From Geopsychrobacteraceae bacterium (GTDB lineage Bacteria > Desulfobacterota > Desulfuromonadia > Desulfuromonadales > Geopsychrobacteraceae): a stretch of 64,000 bases of DNA. Where the stretch lies: positions 1,207,634-1,271,633 of the forward strand of contig OY761157.1 of assembly GCA_963664385.1 (NCBI GenBank), given 5' to 3'. Both the position numbers and the translations under genes were made by a program. Positions 18,795-28,736 of this stretch are shown here, one piece after another; position 1 is the stretch's first letter, and each line of letters starts with the position of its first letter. The notes under the pieces were generated by a model that did no database searches, was not told the origin of the DNA, and saw nothing but the letters and a program-made list of their open reading frames with translations.

Positions 18795-20311
18795 TCGACC
18801 TCCCCCTTCTTCTTACGCCCACGTTTTCCAGCCCCTGCCTTTGCCTGCGCCTGGGCAGCCGCTTTTTCGGCTTTGATACGCGCCAGCAGGGCGCTGGCCG
18901 GTTCGTCGCCCTCGTCTTGCGGGACCAGCTGGCCGGAGAAGGCTTTTTTCAGGATGGATTGGCGGAGGGTTTCAGCTTTGGCGAGCTGTTGATCAATTTC
19001 ATCAACGGTATGATCGATTGCATCCGTTTTGCTTATTGCCACACTTACAACAATCTCCTGCTCTTCGAATGAGCACATAGGAAGAAAGGCATTCCCTACG
19101 TCTGTTTGATTTATACTTGCCTGATTTACAGCATGTTTCGCGTTTTTACAAAGCTCTTGTCTACCCAATCTACTGTTAAGAAAAAAAGTAACAAACTCCT
19201 TTGATATGTGCCCATCGACAAATTCACACCTCATGATGTTACTCTCAAAGACAGTAGGTTCGTCCAAATCCCTTATAAGAGCCGATTTTCCTAAGTACTC
19301 AATGCTATTGACGCGATTGACTATTAATTCACCGATACTTAACCCGTATGTTTCTACTTCTTCATTAGTAGCTGCAAGCCTTTTTAATTTTTGGATATCA
19401 ACAACAGACCCATCGTAAAAATTATCTATCCTGATTATTTTGCAACCAGAGCCGTAATCGGAAGAGGGCTTGTATAGCCCATTCTGTGGTGAGCTTTGCA
19501 AAACGTCACTAAGTTTCACCCAACACCAACCGCAGGGCAAATCTCCCAAGGTTTTGGCAGCTAACTCAGGAGCTAATTCAGACACTTTTGGCAAAGTTGG
19601 TTTCCCCGGCTTCTTCCCTTCCTTCCCATTCACTTCCCACTCTTTAACCGCAACCTTCCACTCGGCTAGTTGCTGCTGGTAGCGGGCTTCGCGTTCCTTT
19701 TGAATACGGGCAAGGAGCTGTTCCGGGGTTTCCAGTTTATCGGCATTTTCTTCCCGCCAGGTGGCTGTGAGTTTTCCTTCAAAAGCATGCTTGAGCACCG
19801 CCTGACGGTAGACCTTGAGCTGTTCACGGGCGGTTTTCAGGGCTGCGATGCCGTTGTCGAGTTCGGAGAAGAGTTCTTCGATTTTGGCGACGATTCGTTT
19901 TTGTTCGTTGAGGGGTGGGAGAGCAATTTTCAGCCGATACGCGTCATCCCTATTCAGCCCTGGAATAGCTGTAGAGGTTTCAAACTGATTAAGACGTAAA
20001 CTCCTGAGGAGATAATAAGAAAATTTTGAATCAACAATATCAATGTTGTTAATAAAATAGGTCGTATCGATTGGCCAACAGTTATCGCTGCAATAGTGAA
20101 CTGCCCCGGCTGCGCCTTTTCGCCCGACAATAACCTTCGGCCCTTGCACAATATACTCATCATGAAAGCCAACGACACCGCTAGAACCATAAACAGGGAA
20201 TGCGCCCGATTCTTTCCGAGCGTTTTTTACCAGCCCTTTTCCATAGGCAAATTCAAAAATTTCACCGACCGTTGTGGCCAACCAGCCTTTCGGCAATCGC
20301 TCTTCCATCAA
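18791..20311 (-). CDS. hsdS: Type I R-M specificity subunit
   Basis: Two variable target-recognition regions separated by conserved helical repeats (LPPLNEQKRIVAKIEELFSELD.. and ..LRQSILKKAFSGQLV). ATGA overlap with hsdR. Unusual Lys/Ala-rich C-terminal tail. Confidence 0.9.
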   Translation of the reverse strand: MMEERLPKGWLATTVGEIFEFAYGKGLVKNARKESGAFPVYGSSGVVGFHDEYIVQGPKVIVGRKGAAGAVHYCSDNCWPIDTTYFINNIDIVDSKFSYYLLRSLRLNQFETSTAIPGLNRDDAYRLKIALPPLNEQKRIVAKIEELFSELDNGIAALKTAREQLKVYRQAVLKHAFEGKLTATWREENADKLETPEQLLARIQKEREARYQQQLAEWKVAVKEWEVNGKEGKKPGKPTLPKVSELAPELAAKTLGDLPCGWCWVKLSDVLQSSPQNGLYKPSSDYGSGCKIIRIDNFYDGSVVDIQKLKRLAATNEEVETYGLSIGELIVNRVNSIEYLGKSALIRDLDEPTVFESNIMRCEFVDGHISKEFVTFFLNSRLGRQELCKNAKHAVNQASINQTDVGNAFLPMCSFEEQEIVVSVAISKTDAIDHTVDEIDQQLAKAETLRQSILKKAFSGQLVPQDEGDEPASALLARIKAEKAAAQAQAKAGAGKRGRKKKGEVE

Positions 20312-23112
20312 GCCACCAATTCTCGGTTCATCTCATCCATAACCCAATCCATCCTATCCCCAAACAGCTGATACATCCCCATCAACCCGCCCTTGGCGTC
20401 AAACGGGGTCATCTCGAAATCATCCCGATCCAGGTGCAACGAGCTGGAAATATGGTCACGAATGGCGTGCAGCCAGGCCATCTGCTGATCGTTGAACTTG
20501 TCACTGCCACCGGCATGGTATTTCATAATCCAATCCTGAAAATTCTTTCTTACCGTTGCGCCAAAGGTTTTAAGCTGGCTATCTATACCACAAACGCGGC
20601 GGATCAGGGCGACCAATGCGGTCAGTTCGCTTAGGGGGTTGTCCCCCTGGTAATTATCCAGGTGAGCATAAGCCTGCCAGATGCGTAAGGGGGCAAGTTT
20701 GGGGCGTTCTGTTTTGAGCTTTTCGAGCAGGTCTTTAATCTGCCGGTAGGTGACCTCGCTGCGCCTTGCGGGGGTCTGAAAATAGATGGTCAGGGCATCA
20801 ATTTCAAGGGTTTGTTCCTGTAAATACTCGGAAAACTCTTTGACCAGGATTTTGGCGTTCTCCTCGGTTTCACCGGCCCATTCAGCTTTGAGCAGGGTAT
20901 CGAGATCGTCATGGACGATGGTCTGCTCTTTACTGCGGCGAATGGTGTCGAGCAGTTCGATCAGTTCACCGTTAAAAACATTGGCTGCCTGGCTGACCAG
21001 CTGTTGCTGGGCCTGATTACGGGCGGTTTCGCCGGGGTCGCTGCCGACGGGCAGGCTGGTCTGCTCCAGCGCTTTTTGTTCAACCTTATCGCCGTCGATG
21101 GCGTTAAACAGGTTGGCAACAATACTGTGCAGCGGTTTTCCCGCTTTTTGGGCAATCTGATCACGTTCTTTATCATCCAACTGCTTATTCAGCCGCGCCA
21201 GACGACCAGCGAGGCTGGAGACCGTATCACAATCACTGGCCCCCAACATCACTCCCATGGCCAGATCTTTCAGGGACACACTCGGCTTGGTGATCAGCGG
21301 TTGGCTGGCGGTTTTCACCGAACGGGTGACACCGATGGCATCGACAATGACATAGTGGGTTTTGGCGCTCGGGGCAGACGGTGTGACTTTCTGCAAACTG
21401 TCTTTATCTAATGTACGCGTACCACGCCCCTTCATCTGTTCGAAGTAATTCTTGCTTTTGACATCACGCATGAAGAGCAGGCATTCCAGCGCTTTGACAT
21501 CGGTACCGGTAGCGATCATATCAACAGTCACGGCAATGCGTGGATAGTAATCGTTACGGAACTGGGCCAGCACCGATTTGGGATCTTCCCCTTTTTCGGT
21601 GATCTTGCCCGCGGCATCCAGCTTGTCGTTGGCAACGCGGTAGGTGACCTTTTTGCAGAACTGGTTCCCTTCACCAAACTCCTCGCGCACAGTCTGGATA
21701 ATGTCATCGGCATGGCTATCGGTCTTGGCGAAGATGAGGGTTTTGGGGACTTCCTTGCGGCCGGGGAAGATGGTTGGTAAAGCGTCTTTGAAGGTACGAA
21801 CAACGGTACGGATCTGGTCGGGGTTGACGATATCGCGGTCGAGCTGTTTACCGCTGTAGTTTTCGTCTTCGTCCTGAGTTTCCCAGCGCTTGCGGCGGGT
21901 GGTGCGTTCACGCCGTTCGACCTGTTGCTTGGCGGCGATGGTGCCACCGTCCTTGGTCTTTTCCGTTTCGATGACAAAGATCTCGTTACCGACATTGACG
22001 CCATCGGCCACGGCTTTTTCGTGGTCGTACTCGCTGACGACGTTTTTGCGGAAGAAACCATAGGTGCGGTTGTCCGGTGTCGCGGTCAGGCCGACCAGGT
22101 AGGCATCAAAATATTCCAGTACCTGCCGCCACAGGTTGTAGATGGAACGATGACATTCGTCGATGATGATGACATCGAAATACTCCGGCGGGATTTTCGG
22201 GTTATAAACAACGGGCAGCGGTTCTTTGGGGCGTGTGTACTGTTCGGCCGGATTCTGTTCTTCCAGGGCTTCATCCAGCGGTTCATCTTTTAAAATGGAA
22301 TACATGCGCTGAATGGTGCTGATGCAGACCTGGGCATCGCTGGCGATGTACTGATTTTTCAGACGCTGGACATTGTAGAGCTCGGTAAATTTTCGGTTAT
22401 CGTCGTTGGGAACAAAGCTCATGAATTCCTGCTCGGCCTGTTCCCCCAGGTTCTTGGTATCGACGAGAAAGAGAATACGGCTGGCGTTGACCGGTTCCTT
22501 CAGCAGCCGGTAGCTAGCGGTAATGGCGGTAAAGGTTTTGCCAGAGCCGGTCGCCATCTGCACCAGAGCGCGGGGTTTATCCTGTTTGAGGGAAGCTTCC
22601 AGCTTGGTGATAGCGGTAATCTGGCAGTCGCGCAGACCGTCGGTTTTCAGTTCCGGCAGATCCTGCAAGCGGTCACGCAGACTTTTCTTTTCCCTCAATT
22701 CTTTGGCTAGGGTTGCCGGGCGGTGAAAATTAAACAGCTCACGAGAGCGGGGGTGGGGATCGATGCCATCGGTAAAACGGGTGATAACGCCGGTGCTTTC
22801 ATAGATAAACCGCAACGGCTCACTGTTGTTGACCCACTTTAGTGCAGCGTTCGCGTAACCGGCCGATTGCTCTTCAACGGTGGTAATCTTCTCCCCCCAG
22901 CTTTCCGGCTTAGCCTCAATGACTCCAACGGCCTGCTTATCAACAAACAGTACATAATCGGCCGGCCCCACAGCGGTCTGGTATTCGCGGATAGCCACCC
23001 CTTGAGCTGCAGAAAAATTGATTTTACTCTTATCCTGCACCACCCAGCCCGCTTTGGTAAGCAGAGAGTCTATTTCATCGCGAGCTTTTTGTTCCGGATT
23101 CTGGTTGACCAT
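20308..23112 (-). CDS. hsdR: Type I R-M restriction endonuclease/translocase subunit
   Basis: 934 aa with SF2 helicase motifs MATGSGKT, DECHRS and TATP, plus an N-terminal nuclease-like region. Confidence 0.95.
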   Translation of the reverse strand: MVNQNPEQKARDEIDSLLTKAGWVVQDKSKINFSAAQGVAIREYQTAVGPADYVLFVDKQAVGVIEAKPESWGEKITTVEEQSAGYANAALKWVNNSEPLRFIYESTGVITRFTDGIDPHPRSRELFNFHRPATLAKELREKKSLRDRLQDLPELKTDGLRDCQITAITKLEASLKQDKPRALVQMATGSGKTFTAITASYRLLKEPVNASRILFLVDTKNLGEQAEQEFMSFVPNDDNRKFTELYNVQRLKNQYIASDAQVCISTIQRMYSILKDEPLDEALEEQNPAEQYTRPKEPLPVVYNPKIPPEYFDVIIIDECHRSIYNLWRQVLEYFDAYLVGLTATPDNRTYGFFRKNVVSEYDHEKAVADGVNVGNEIFVIETEKTKDGGTIAAKQQVERRERTTRRKRWETQDEDENYSGKQLDRDIVNPDQIRTVVRTFKDALPTIFPGRKEVPKTLIFAKTDSHADDIIQTVREEFGEGNQFCKKVTYRVANDKLDAAGKITEKGEDPKSVLAQFRNDYYPRIAVTVDMIATGTDVKALECLLFMRDVKSKNYFEQMKGRGTRTLDKDSLQKVTPSAPSAKTHYVIVDAIGVTRSVKTASQPLITKPSVSLKDLAMGVMLGASDCDTVSSLAGRLARLNKQLDDKERDQIAQKAGKPLHSIVANLFNAIDGDKVEQKALEQTSLPVGSDPGETARNQAQQQLVSQAANVFNGELIELLDTIRRSKEQTIVHDDLDTLLKAEWAGETEENAKILVKEFSEYLQEQTLEIDALTIYFQTPARRSEVTYRQIKDLLEKLKTERPKLAPLRIWQAYAHLDNYQGDNPLSELTALVALIRRVCGIDSQLKTFGATVRKNFQDWIMKYHAGGSDKFNDQQMAWLHAIRDHISSSLHLDRDDFEMTPFDAKGGLMGMYQLFGDRMDWVMDEMNRELVA

Positions 23113-23261
23113 AGCGCTGTCCTTGCTGATGAAAGAAGGAGAATAAACAGACTGCTAACAGGCGTGGTCTATATTAGAAATGATATGGGCAGATTACAAA
23201 TAAAATGTTGAATTTATGGGGATTTAGGATGGAGGGATTGCAATGCCGTACCCCATATATT

Positions 23262-23357
23262 ATTCCCTCTACCTGTGGGAGAGGGCCAGGTGAGGGGGAA
23301 ACGCTCAAAAATCTCCCTCATCCGGCCTTCGGCCACCTTCTCCCATGGGGAGAAGGA
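23262..23357. repeat. Cluster of short GC-rich hairpins (REP-like intergenic element)
   Basis: Three hairpins: CCCTCT..AGAGGG (23265-70 / 23280-85), GGCCttcGGCC, and a perfect 9-bp hairpin CCTTCTCCCatgGGGAGAAGG (23337-57). The element lies 40 nt downstream of the ureG stop. Confidence 0.45.
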
Positions 23358-23397
23358 AAACCATTTGGCATATAGTTTATTTATTGGTGTTAAAGAA

Positions 23398-24003
23398 TCA
23401 GGCCAAACCACCCTTATCGGCAATAAAATCAATAATCGCCTGTAACCCCTCCCCCTTTTTCAGGTTGGAGAAGACAAAGGGGCGTTCACCGCGCATTTTC
23501 TTGCTGTCACGATCCATAACATCCAAGTCAGCTCCTACCAACGGCGCCAGGTCGGTTTTATTGATGACCAGCAGATCGGATCGCGTGATTCCAGGCCCAC
23601 CTTTACGGGGAATTTTATCACCGGCGGAAACATCGATAACATAGATACACAGGTCGGCTAATTCAGGTGAAAAGGTCGCGGCAAGGTTGTCACCGCCCGA
23701 TTCGATAAAAACCACTTCCAAGTCCGGAAATGCCGTACATAATTCGTCAACAGCTGCCAGGTTGATGGAGGCATCTTCACGGATGGCTGTATGGGGGCAG
23801 CCTCCGGTCTCGACACCACGGATGCGGTCGGCGGTCAGAGCTTCGGAACGAACCAGGAACTGATAGTCTTCACTGGTATAGATATCATTGGTGATCGCGG
23901 CGATCTGGTACTTTTCGCGCATTGCTTTGCACAATGCATCAAGCAGTGCCGTTTTACCTGACCCAACCGGGCCACCAATGCCAACGCGTAATGGAGAACT
24001 CAT
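23398..24003 (-). CDS. ureG: Urease accessory GTPase
   Basis: P-loop GPVGSGKT and UreG-specific ESGGDNL and NKTDL motifs. Size is 201 aa. Confidence 0.95.
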   Translation of the reverse strand: MSSPLRVGIGGPVGSGKTALLDALCKAMREKYQIAAITNDIYTSEDYQFLVRSEALTADRIRGVETGGCPHTAIREDASINLAAVDELCTAFPDLEVVFIESGGDNLAATFSPELADLCIYVIDVSAGDKIPRKGGPGITRSDLLVINKTDLAPLVGADLDVMDRDSKKMRGERPFVFSNLKKGEGLQAIIDFIADKGGLA

Positions 24004-24713
24004 GATCTGAATAACCTCGTATATTGGGTTTCGTGACTGATGGAGGTCCAGTCAACCATCGGTGTTGCGGCACCGATATCGTTTATGTCAGTGTGCAGTG
24101 CTTTGTTCGCAGCTTTCAGGATAACCTCTTCCAGAGCTGCAGTTGTCATCTGCCCGGCGGTTTGCCCCAGGGGAACCAGGCGCACACCAGCCGAGATCAG
24201 GTTGACTGCTGTCGCGTGCAGATAGGCGTTTAAGGCCGCTGCCAAGGGGATATCACTATAGGCTGCTGCCAAAGCGACAGCTAAAGGATAAGCCGGTTTA
24301 CGCTGTTCCTGTTGCAGCCGCTGCTGCCATGGCAGCAAGCGTTCGTCAGGCCAAACCTTCATCAACATCTGCCAGAAAGCCGCGCCCTGGGCACTACTTT
24401 CGAGGGCCATTTCCTTACTGCCGCGCATGACATCAGCCAATTCAAACAGGGTCCATAGCTGCTCAGCATCCTCAGCCCCAGCTGCCTCATAACCACGGGC
24501 GAACAAAACGGCATCGGTCTGAGCCGAGCCATAAAGCAGAACCGTTTTCAACCAGGCCGTCAGGCTGACGTCATCTTTAACCAGACCGACATCCACAGCG
24601 TACTCAACGCCATGGGAATAGGTATAGGCACCAACCGGAAATGACGGCGATAACCAGGTCATAAGACGCAGCAGGGAAACACCCTGCACCGTAAGATCAG
24701 TGGGCATGCTCAT
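24000..24713 (-). CDS. ureF: Urease accessory protein UreF
   Basis: UreF pattern [24 protein letters not shown]. Start trimmed to ATG 24713 (MSMPTDL), overlapping the ureE 3' end. The start is uncertain. Confidence 0.85.
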   Translation of the reverse strand: MSMPTDLTVQGVSLLRLMTWLSPSFPVGAYTYSHGVEYAVDVGLVKDDVSLTAWLKTVLLYGSAQTDAVLFARGYEAAGAEDAEQLWTLFELADVMRGSKEMALESSAQGAAFWQMLMKVWPDERLLPWQQRLQQEQRKPAYPLAVALAAAYSDIPLAAALNAYLHATAVNLISAGVRLVPLGQTAGQMTTAALEEVILKAANKALHTDINDIGAATPMVDWTSISHETQYTRLFRS

Positions 24714-25206
24714 GGTTGTGTTCGTGCTGGTGCTCATGACTATGAGCGTGGCCATGACCACTGCTGTAAGCGCCACCTTCAGGAGCGAAAGGTGCCTGAT
24801 TCGGTGTCAGCTCGGCGCCCAACCCTTCCAACATCTGCCCCAGAACATGATCGGCTGCGATACGTAGATGGGTCGCATCGAGAACCTGCACCGGAGCATG
24901 CCGATTTCCGATGTGCCAGGCGACTTTCGCAGTGTGGACAGGGGATTGGCAGCTAATATCGATGACATCCTCAACCGCTGCACAAACCTTGATAAAACTG
25001 CCATCTTCAAGTTGCAAGGCACCCCCGTCATCGAGCCGGGTCGCATGGGGGAGATCGAGCAGAAACGACTCGCCACTATCGTCGTTCAAACGAATCCTAC
25101 GCTTGTGGCGATCATCATAAATAAGGGTCAGGGTTGCACTATGGCAACCCTGCCAGGTGTGAGGTAAATAATATTGAATAGCACGTCTCATGGCAAAATC
25201 TTTCAT
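24697..25206 (-). CDS. ureE: Urease accessory metallochaperone UreE
   Basis: UreE fold-length protein with a His-rich tail ([20 protein letters not shown]). The start is ambiguous (25233, 25206 or 25191). Confidence 0.85.
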   Translation of the reverse strand: MKDFAMRRAIQYYLPHTWQGCHSATLTLIYDDRHKRRIRLNDDSGESFLLDLPHATRLDDGGALQLEDGSFIKVCAAVEDVIDISCQSPVHTAKVAWHIGNRHAPVQVLDATHLRIAADHVLGQMLEGLGAELTPNQAPFAPEGGAYSSGHGHAHSHEHQHEHNHEHAH

Positions 25207-25236
25207 TTGTGCAGTGGCATCAAAAATTACCACGGG

Positions 25237-25341
25237 AGGTCTTCAGAGGCTTCCTTGGAAGGGTGTCTATCGCCCGGATGGCGATAGTCAAGCCCCACGG
25301 ATGGGTTCATGCGTCCCTGGAAAGGGAGCCTCTGAAGGCCT
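25237..25341. repeat. 105-bp imperfect inverted-repeat element between ureC and ureE
   Basis: About 27-nt arms (AGGTCTTCAGAGGCTTCCTTGGAAGGG / CCCTGGAAAGGGAGCCTCTGAAGGCCT) enclose a perfect 8-bp hairpin, CTATCGCCcggatGGCGATAG. Confidence 0.7.
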
Positions 25342-25354
25342 TGCTTCGCAAAAG

Positions 25355-27064
25355 CTAAAATAAGAAATATCTTTGTGCCATAGGCACAACCGTTGCTGGT
25401 TGACAGGTCAGTAGTTGACCATCAGCCCGCACCTCGTAAGTTTCCGGATCGACCTCAATTTTAGGCAGATAACTGTTTAACAGCAGATCCTTTTTACCGA
25501 TATTGCGAGTATTCCTGACCGCCAGCAACGTCTTGTTCAGACCCAGCTGCTGGGCCAACCCGGCATCCAGCCCGGCCTGGGAGACAAAGGTTACGGAACT
25601 GGCCTGCAAGGAACGACCGAAGCTACCGAACATGGGTCGGTAATGGACCGGTTGTGGCGTCGGAATTGAAGCGTTCGGATCGCCCATGGCCGCAGCGGCA
25701 ATGGTTCCCGATTTCAGGACAATATCCGGCTTGACACCAAAGAACATCGGTTTCCACAACACCAGGTCAGCCAGCTTACCGACTTCAATGGAGCCGACAT
25801 AATCGGCGATACCATGGGTGATAGCCGGGTTAATCGTGTACTTGGCAATGTAGCGCTTGACCCGGAAATTATCGTTCCCGGCACCATCTTCAGGCAAAGA
25901 ACCGCGCTGCTGCTTCATCTTGTCGGCAGTTTGCCAGGTGCGGATAATCACCTCACCGATACGCCCCATGGCCTGGCTGTCAGAAGCGATAATCGAAAAA
26001 GCACCCAGATCATGCAAAATATCCTCGGCAGCGATGGTTTCACGGCGGATACGACTTTCGGCGAAAGCGACATCCTCCTGAATCCGACTATCGAGATGAT
26101 GACAGACCATCAGCATGTCGAGGTGTTCATCCAGGGTATTAACGGTAAAGGGTCGGGTCGGGTTGGTGGATGATGGCAACACATTGGCCAGCCCACACAG
26201 CTTGATAATATCAGGAGCATGACCGCCGCCAGCACCTTCGGTATGGAAGGTGTGAATGACCCGGTCCTTGAAAGCAGCCGCGGTCGTCTCGACAAAGCCC
26301 GACTCATTCAGGGTATCGGTGTGAATGGCCACCTGCACGTCAAACTTGTCTGCAACACTCAGACAGTTATCGATGGCCGCAGGAGTTGTGCCCCAGTCTT
26401 CATGCAGTTTCAGACCACAGGCACCGGCGCGAATCTGTTCTTCCAGAGACGCAGGCAAAGTAGCGTTCCCCTTACCGAAAAAGCCCAGATTGATAGGTAA
26501 TCCTTCGGCCGCCTGCAGCATGCGCCCCAGGTGCCAGGCTCCCGGTGTACAGGTGGTTGCATTGGTCCCTTCTGCAGGACCGGTACCACCACCAAGCATG
26601 GTTGTGACCCCTGAATAGAGGGCATCGTCAACCTGCTGAGGGCAGATAAAATGGATATGAGAATCGATGCCGCCAGCCGTCAGGATGCGCCCTTCACCGG
26701 CAATCGCTTCGGTACCCGGACCGATAATAATATCGACTCCTTGCTGGGTATCGGGATTACCAGCCTTGCCGATACCACAGATGCGGCCATCCTTAATGCC
26801 GACATCCGCCTTGATAATCCCCCAGGTATCGATAATTAAAGCATTGGTAATAACGGTGTCCACCGCGCCCTGCTCACGGCTGACCTGGGACTGTCCCATG
26901 CCGTCACGGATAACCTTACCACCACCGAATTTGACCTCGTCACCATAGCAGGTGCGATCTTCTTCCACTTCGATGATCAGGCCGGTATCGGCCAGACGGA
27001 CTTTATCGCCAACAGTCGGGCCGAACATTGCTGCATATTCGGCACGTTCAATCTGATATGCCAT
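25355..27064 (-). CDS. ureC: Urease alpha subunit
   Basis: 569 aa with the urease active-site region ([11 protein letters not shown], carbamylated-Lys context [16 protein letters not shown]). Confidence 0.97.
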   Translation of the reverse strand: MAYQIERAEYAAMFGPTVGDKVRLADTGLIIEVEEDRTCYGDEVKFGGGKVIRDGMGQSQVSREQGAVDTVITNALIIDTWGIIKADVGIKDGRICGIGKAGNPDTQQGVDIIIGPGTEAIAGEGRILTAGGIDSHIHFICPQQVDDALYSGVTTMLGGGTGPAEGTNATTCTPGAWHLGRMLQAAEGLPINLGFFGKGNATLPASLEEQIRAGACGLKLHEDWGTTPAAIDNCLSVADKFDVQVAIHTDTLNESGFVETTAAAFKDRVIHTFHTEGAGGGHAPDIIKLCGLANVLPSSTNPTRPFTVNTLDEHLDMLMVCHHLDSRIQEDVAFAESRIRRETIAAEDILHDLGAFSIIASDSQAMGRIGEVIIRTWQTADKMKQQRGSLPEDGAGNDNFRVKRYIAKYTINPAITHGIADYVGSIEVGKLADLVLWKPMFFGVKPDIVLKSGTIAAAAMGDPNASIPTPQPVHYRPMFGSFGRSLQASSVTFVSQAGLDAGLAQQLGLNKTLLAVRNTRNIGKKDLLLNSYLPKIEVDPETYEVRADGQLLTCQPATVVPMAQRYFLF

Positions 27065-27067
27065 CGC

Positions 27068-27379
27068 TTACCCCTCCAGCTTGCCGTTGACCAGACCGTT
27101 AAAACCGTAAATGGTTCCAGTTCCAGCAACTTTAACTAATTGCACTTCCCGGCTCTGTCCTGGCTCAAAACGAACGGCGGTTCCGGCGGGAATATCAAGG
27201 CGGAAACCACGCGCCTGCTCGCGATCAAATTGAAGCGCTGCATTGGTTTCATAAAAGTGATAGTGAGACCCGACCTGAACGGGGCGATCACCGGTATTGG
27301 CAACCGTCACAGTCAGTGTTTCGCGGCCACCATTAAGCTCGATTGTGCCAGCTTGAGTGATAACTTCACCTGGTATCAT
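27068..27379 (-). CDS. ureB: Urease beta subunit
   Basis: 103 aa, MIPGE.. start, [13 protein letters not shown] motif. Confidence 0.95.
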   Translation of the reverse strand: MIPGEVITQAGTIELNGGRETLTVTVANTGDRPVQVGSHYHFYETNAALQFDREQARGFRLDIPAGTAVRFEPGQSREVQLVKVAGTGTIYGFNGLVNGKLEG

Positions 27380-27389
27380 TAGTGGCCTC

Positions 27390-27692
27390 CTAGCGGATCG
27401 GGTTATGGACGGTCACCAACTTGGTGCCATCGGGAAAGGTCGCTTCGACCTGAACATCATGAATCATTTCCGCGACCCCTTCCATAACCTGCTCACGGGT
27501 CAGCACTGTGGCACCGTCACGCATTAACTCGGCAACCGTTTTGCCATCACGAGCCCCCTCTACGACATAGTCGGTGATCAGCGCAATTGCTTCCGGGTAG
27601 TTCAGTTTTACACCCCGTTCCAAGCGGCGTCTGGCTACAACCGCAGCCATGGCAACCAGCAGTTTATCTTTTTCTCTCGGACTTAAATTCAC
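27390..27692 (-). CDS. ureA: Urease gamma subunit
   Basis: 100 aa, [12 protein letters not shown].. canonical UreA N-terminus. Confidence 0.95.
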   Translation of the reverse strand: MNLSPREKDKLLVAMAAVVARRRLERGVKLNYPEAIALITDYVVEGARDGKTVAELMRDGATVLTREQVMEGVAEMIHDVQVEATFPDGTKLVTVHNPIR

Positions 27693-27785
27693 GGATGCTC
27701 TCCTGTGCGCTTACGCTGTTCGCGATTTCAGATTTGAAATTTCAGATCTCAGACAAAAGCGGAATATCTATTTCTTCTATTCTTC

Positions 27786-27845
27786 AACGCAAAGGCGACT
27801 TGCTCTGCGCCTTCTCGTTACTCTGCGTCTCTGCGTTAAAAAAAT
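27786..27845. repeat. REP-like intergenic repeat, copy A
   Basis: ACGCAAAGGCG ... GCGTCTCTGCGTTAAAAAA. The 19-nt right end is identical to 37145-37163 and the 11-nt left end is identical to 37054-37064. The two ends are imperfect inverted repeats of each other. Confidence 0.7.
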
Positions 27846-27863
27846 TCTTTAGTAGCTAAAAAA

Positions 27864-28736
27864 CTAAATCTGCCACAAGCGCGGTAACTTCTCTGGCAAC
27901 CCAGCAACTTTATGCCTGAACGCTGCCCAGAAACGACCATAGTGTTGCCGTAGCAATAATGGGTCTTGTCCCAGCCAGCGCATCAGCAGTAAACCATCCA
28001 GACAGGTCGCACCTACTTTCAAGCTTTCAGGTACTCCCATCAGCTCGCGTGCCGTTTCAAGCTGTTCAGCGGCATCAGGAGCGGCATAGATCGCTGTCGC
28101 GCAAGCGCGTTGCCCGGCAAACCCGGCCGGGCTGTCAAGGACACGGGCAATGTCCTGATCGAGCAGCAACGCATCGGCCCAGACCAGGCGTTCATTAACC
28201 CGCACTTCCCAGGCATCGCGCAGTAGTCCTTCACTGAACTGCTCACCCCCAGCCAGACGCCCCAGAACCAGCATTTCACCGGCTAACAGTTTGGCATCAG
28301 CGGCCATGGTGACCTTGGTTTTACGCCGCAACCGCGCCTGTTCAAAAACAATTGTCTCCTGCGGTAGCCATTCAAGCCAACTGTTACTATTAGCCATCAA
28401 CTCAACATCAATATGGCTGTCAGGGCCACTGGAGCGGTAGACTTTTTCAGCCGCCTGCACCGTCGCCATAGCGGCACAATCACTGCCGACATCAAGGCGG
28501 ATATCGAGCCGATCACCACCAACCAGGCCGCCTGCGGTTGATGAGATAACCGCCACCGGGATATCCTGAGCCGCCGGGTGTGGAAACAGGACGCGCAGCG
28601 GATCGCTCTGATACAGGTGCAGTAAACGGGTCTGCCCGGTTTTGAAGGCGAACCCTATCTCTGCGACACCATGCACTTCGATGGCGCGTTGAGACTGCCC
28701 CCCTTGGGGTTTAGACTGTGAGATAGCTACGGACAT
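27864..28736 (-). CDS. ureD: Urease accessory protein UreD/UreH
   Basis: 290 aa in the UreD position with the family pattern (..LYQSDPLRVLFPHP..). Overlaps the urtE 3' end. Confidence 0.85.
   Translation of the reverse strand: MSVAISQSKPQGGQSQRAIEVHGVAEIGFAFKTGQTRLLHLYQSDPLRVLFPHPAAQDIPVAVISSTAGGLVGGDRLDIRLDVGSDCAAMATVQAAEKVYRSSGPDSHIDVELMANSNSWLEWLPQETIVFEQARLRRKTKVTMAADAKLLAGEMLVLGRLAGGEQFSEGLLRDAWEVRVNERLVWADALLLDQDIARVLDSPAGFAGQRACATAIYAAPDAAEQLETARELMGVPESLKVGATCLDGLLLMRWLGQDPLLLRQHYGRFWAAFRHKVAGLPEKLPRLWQI

Noticed and set aside
23214-23432. 72-aa minus-strand ORF between hsdR and ureG
   Set aside because: The sequence is the translation of GC-rich hairpin repeats. It overlaps the ureG 3' end and has no SD, so I treat it as a repeat element and not a gene.
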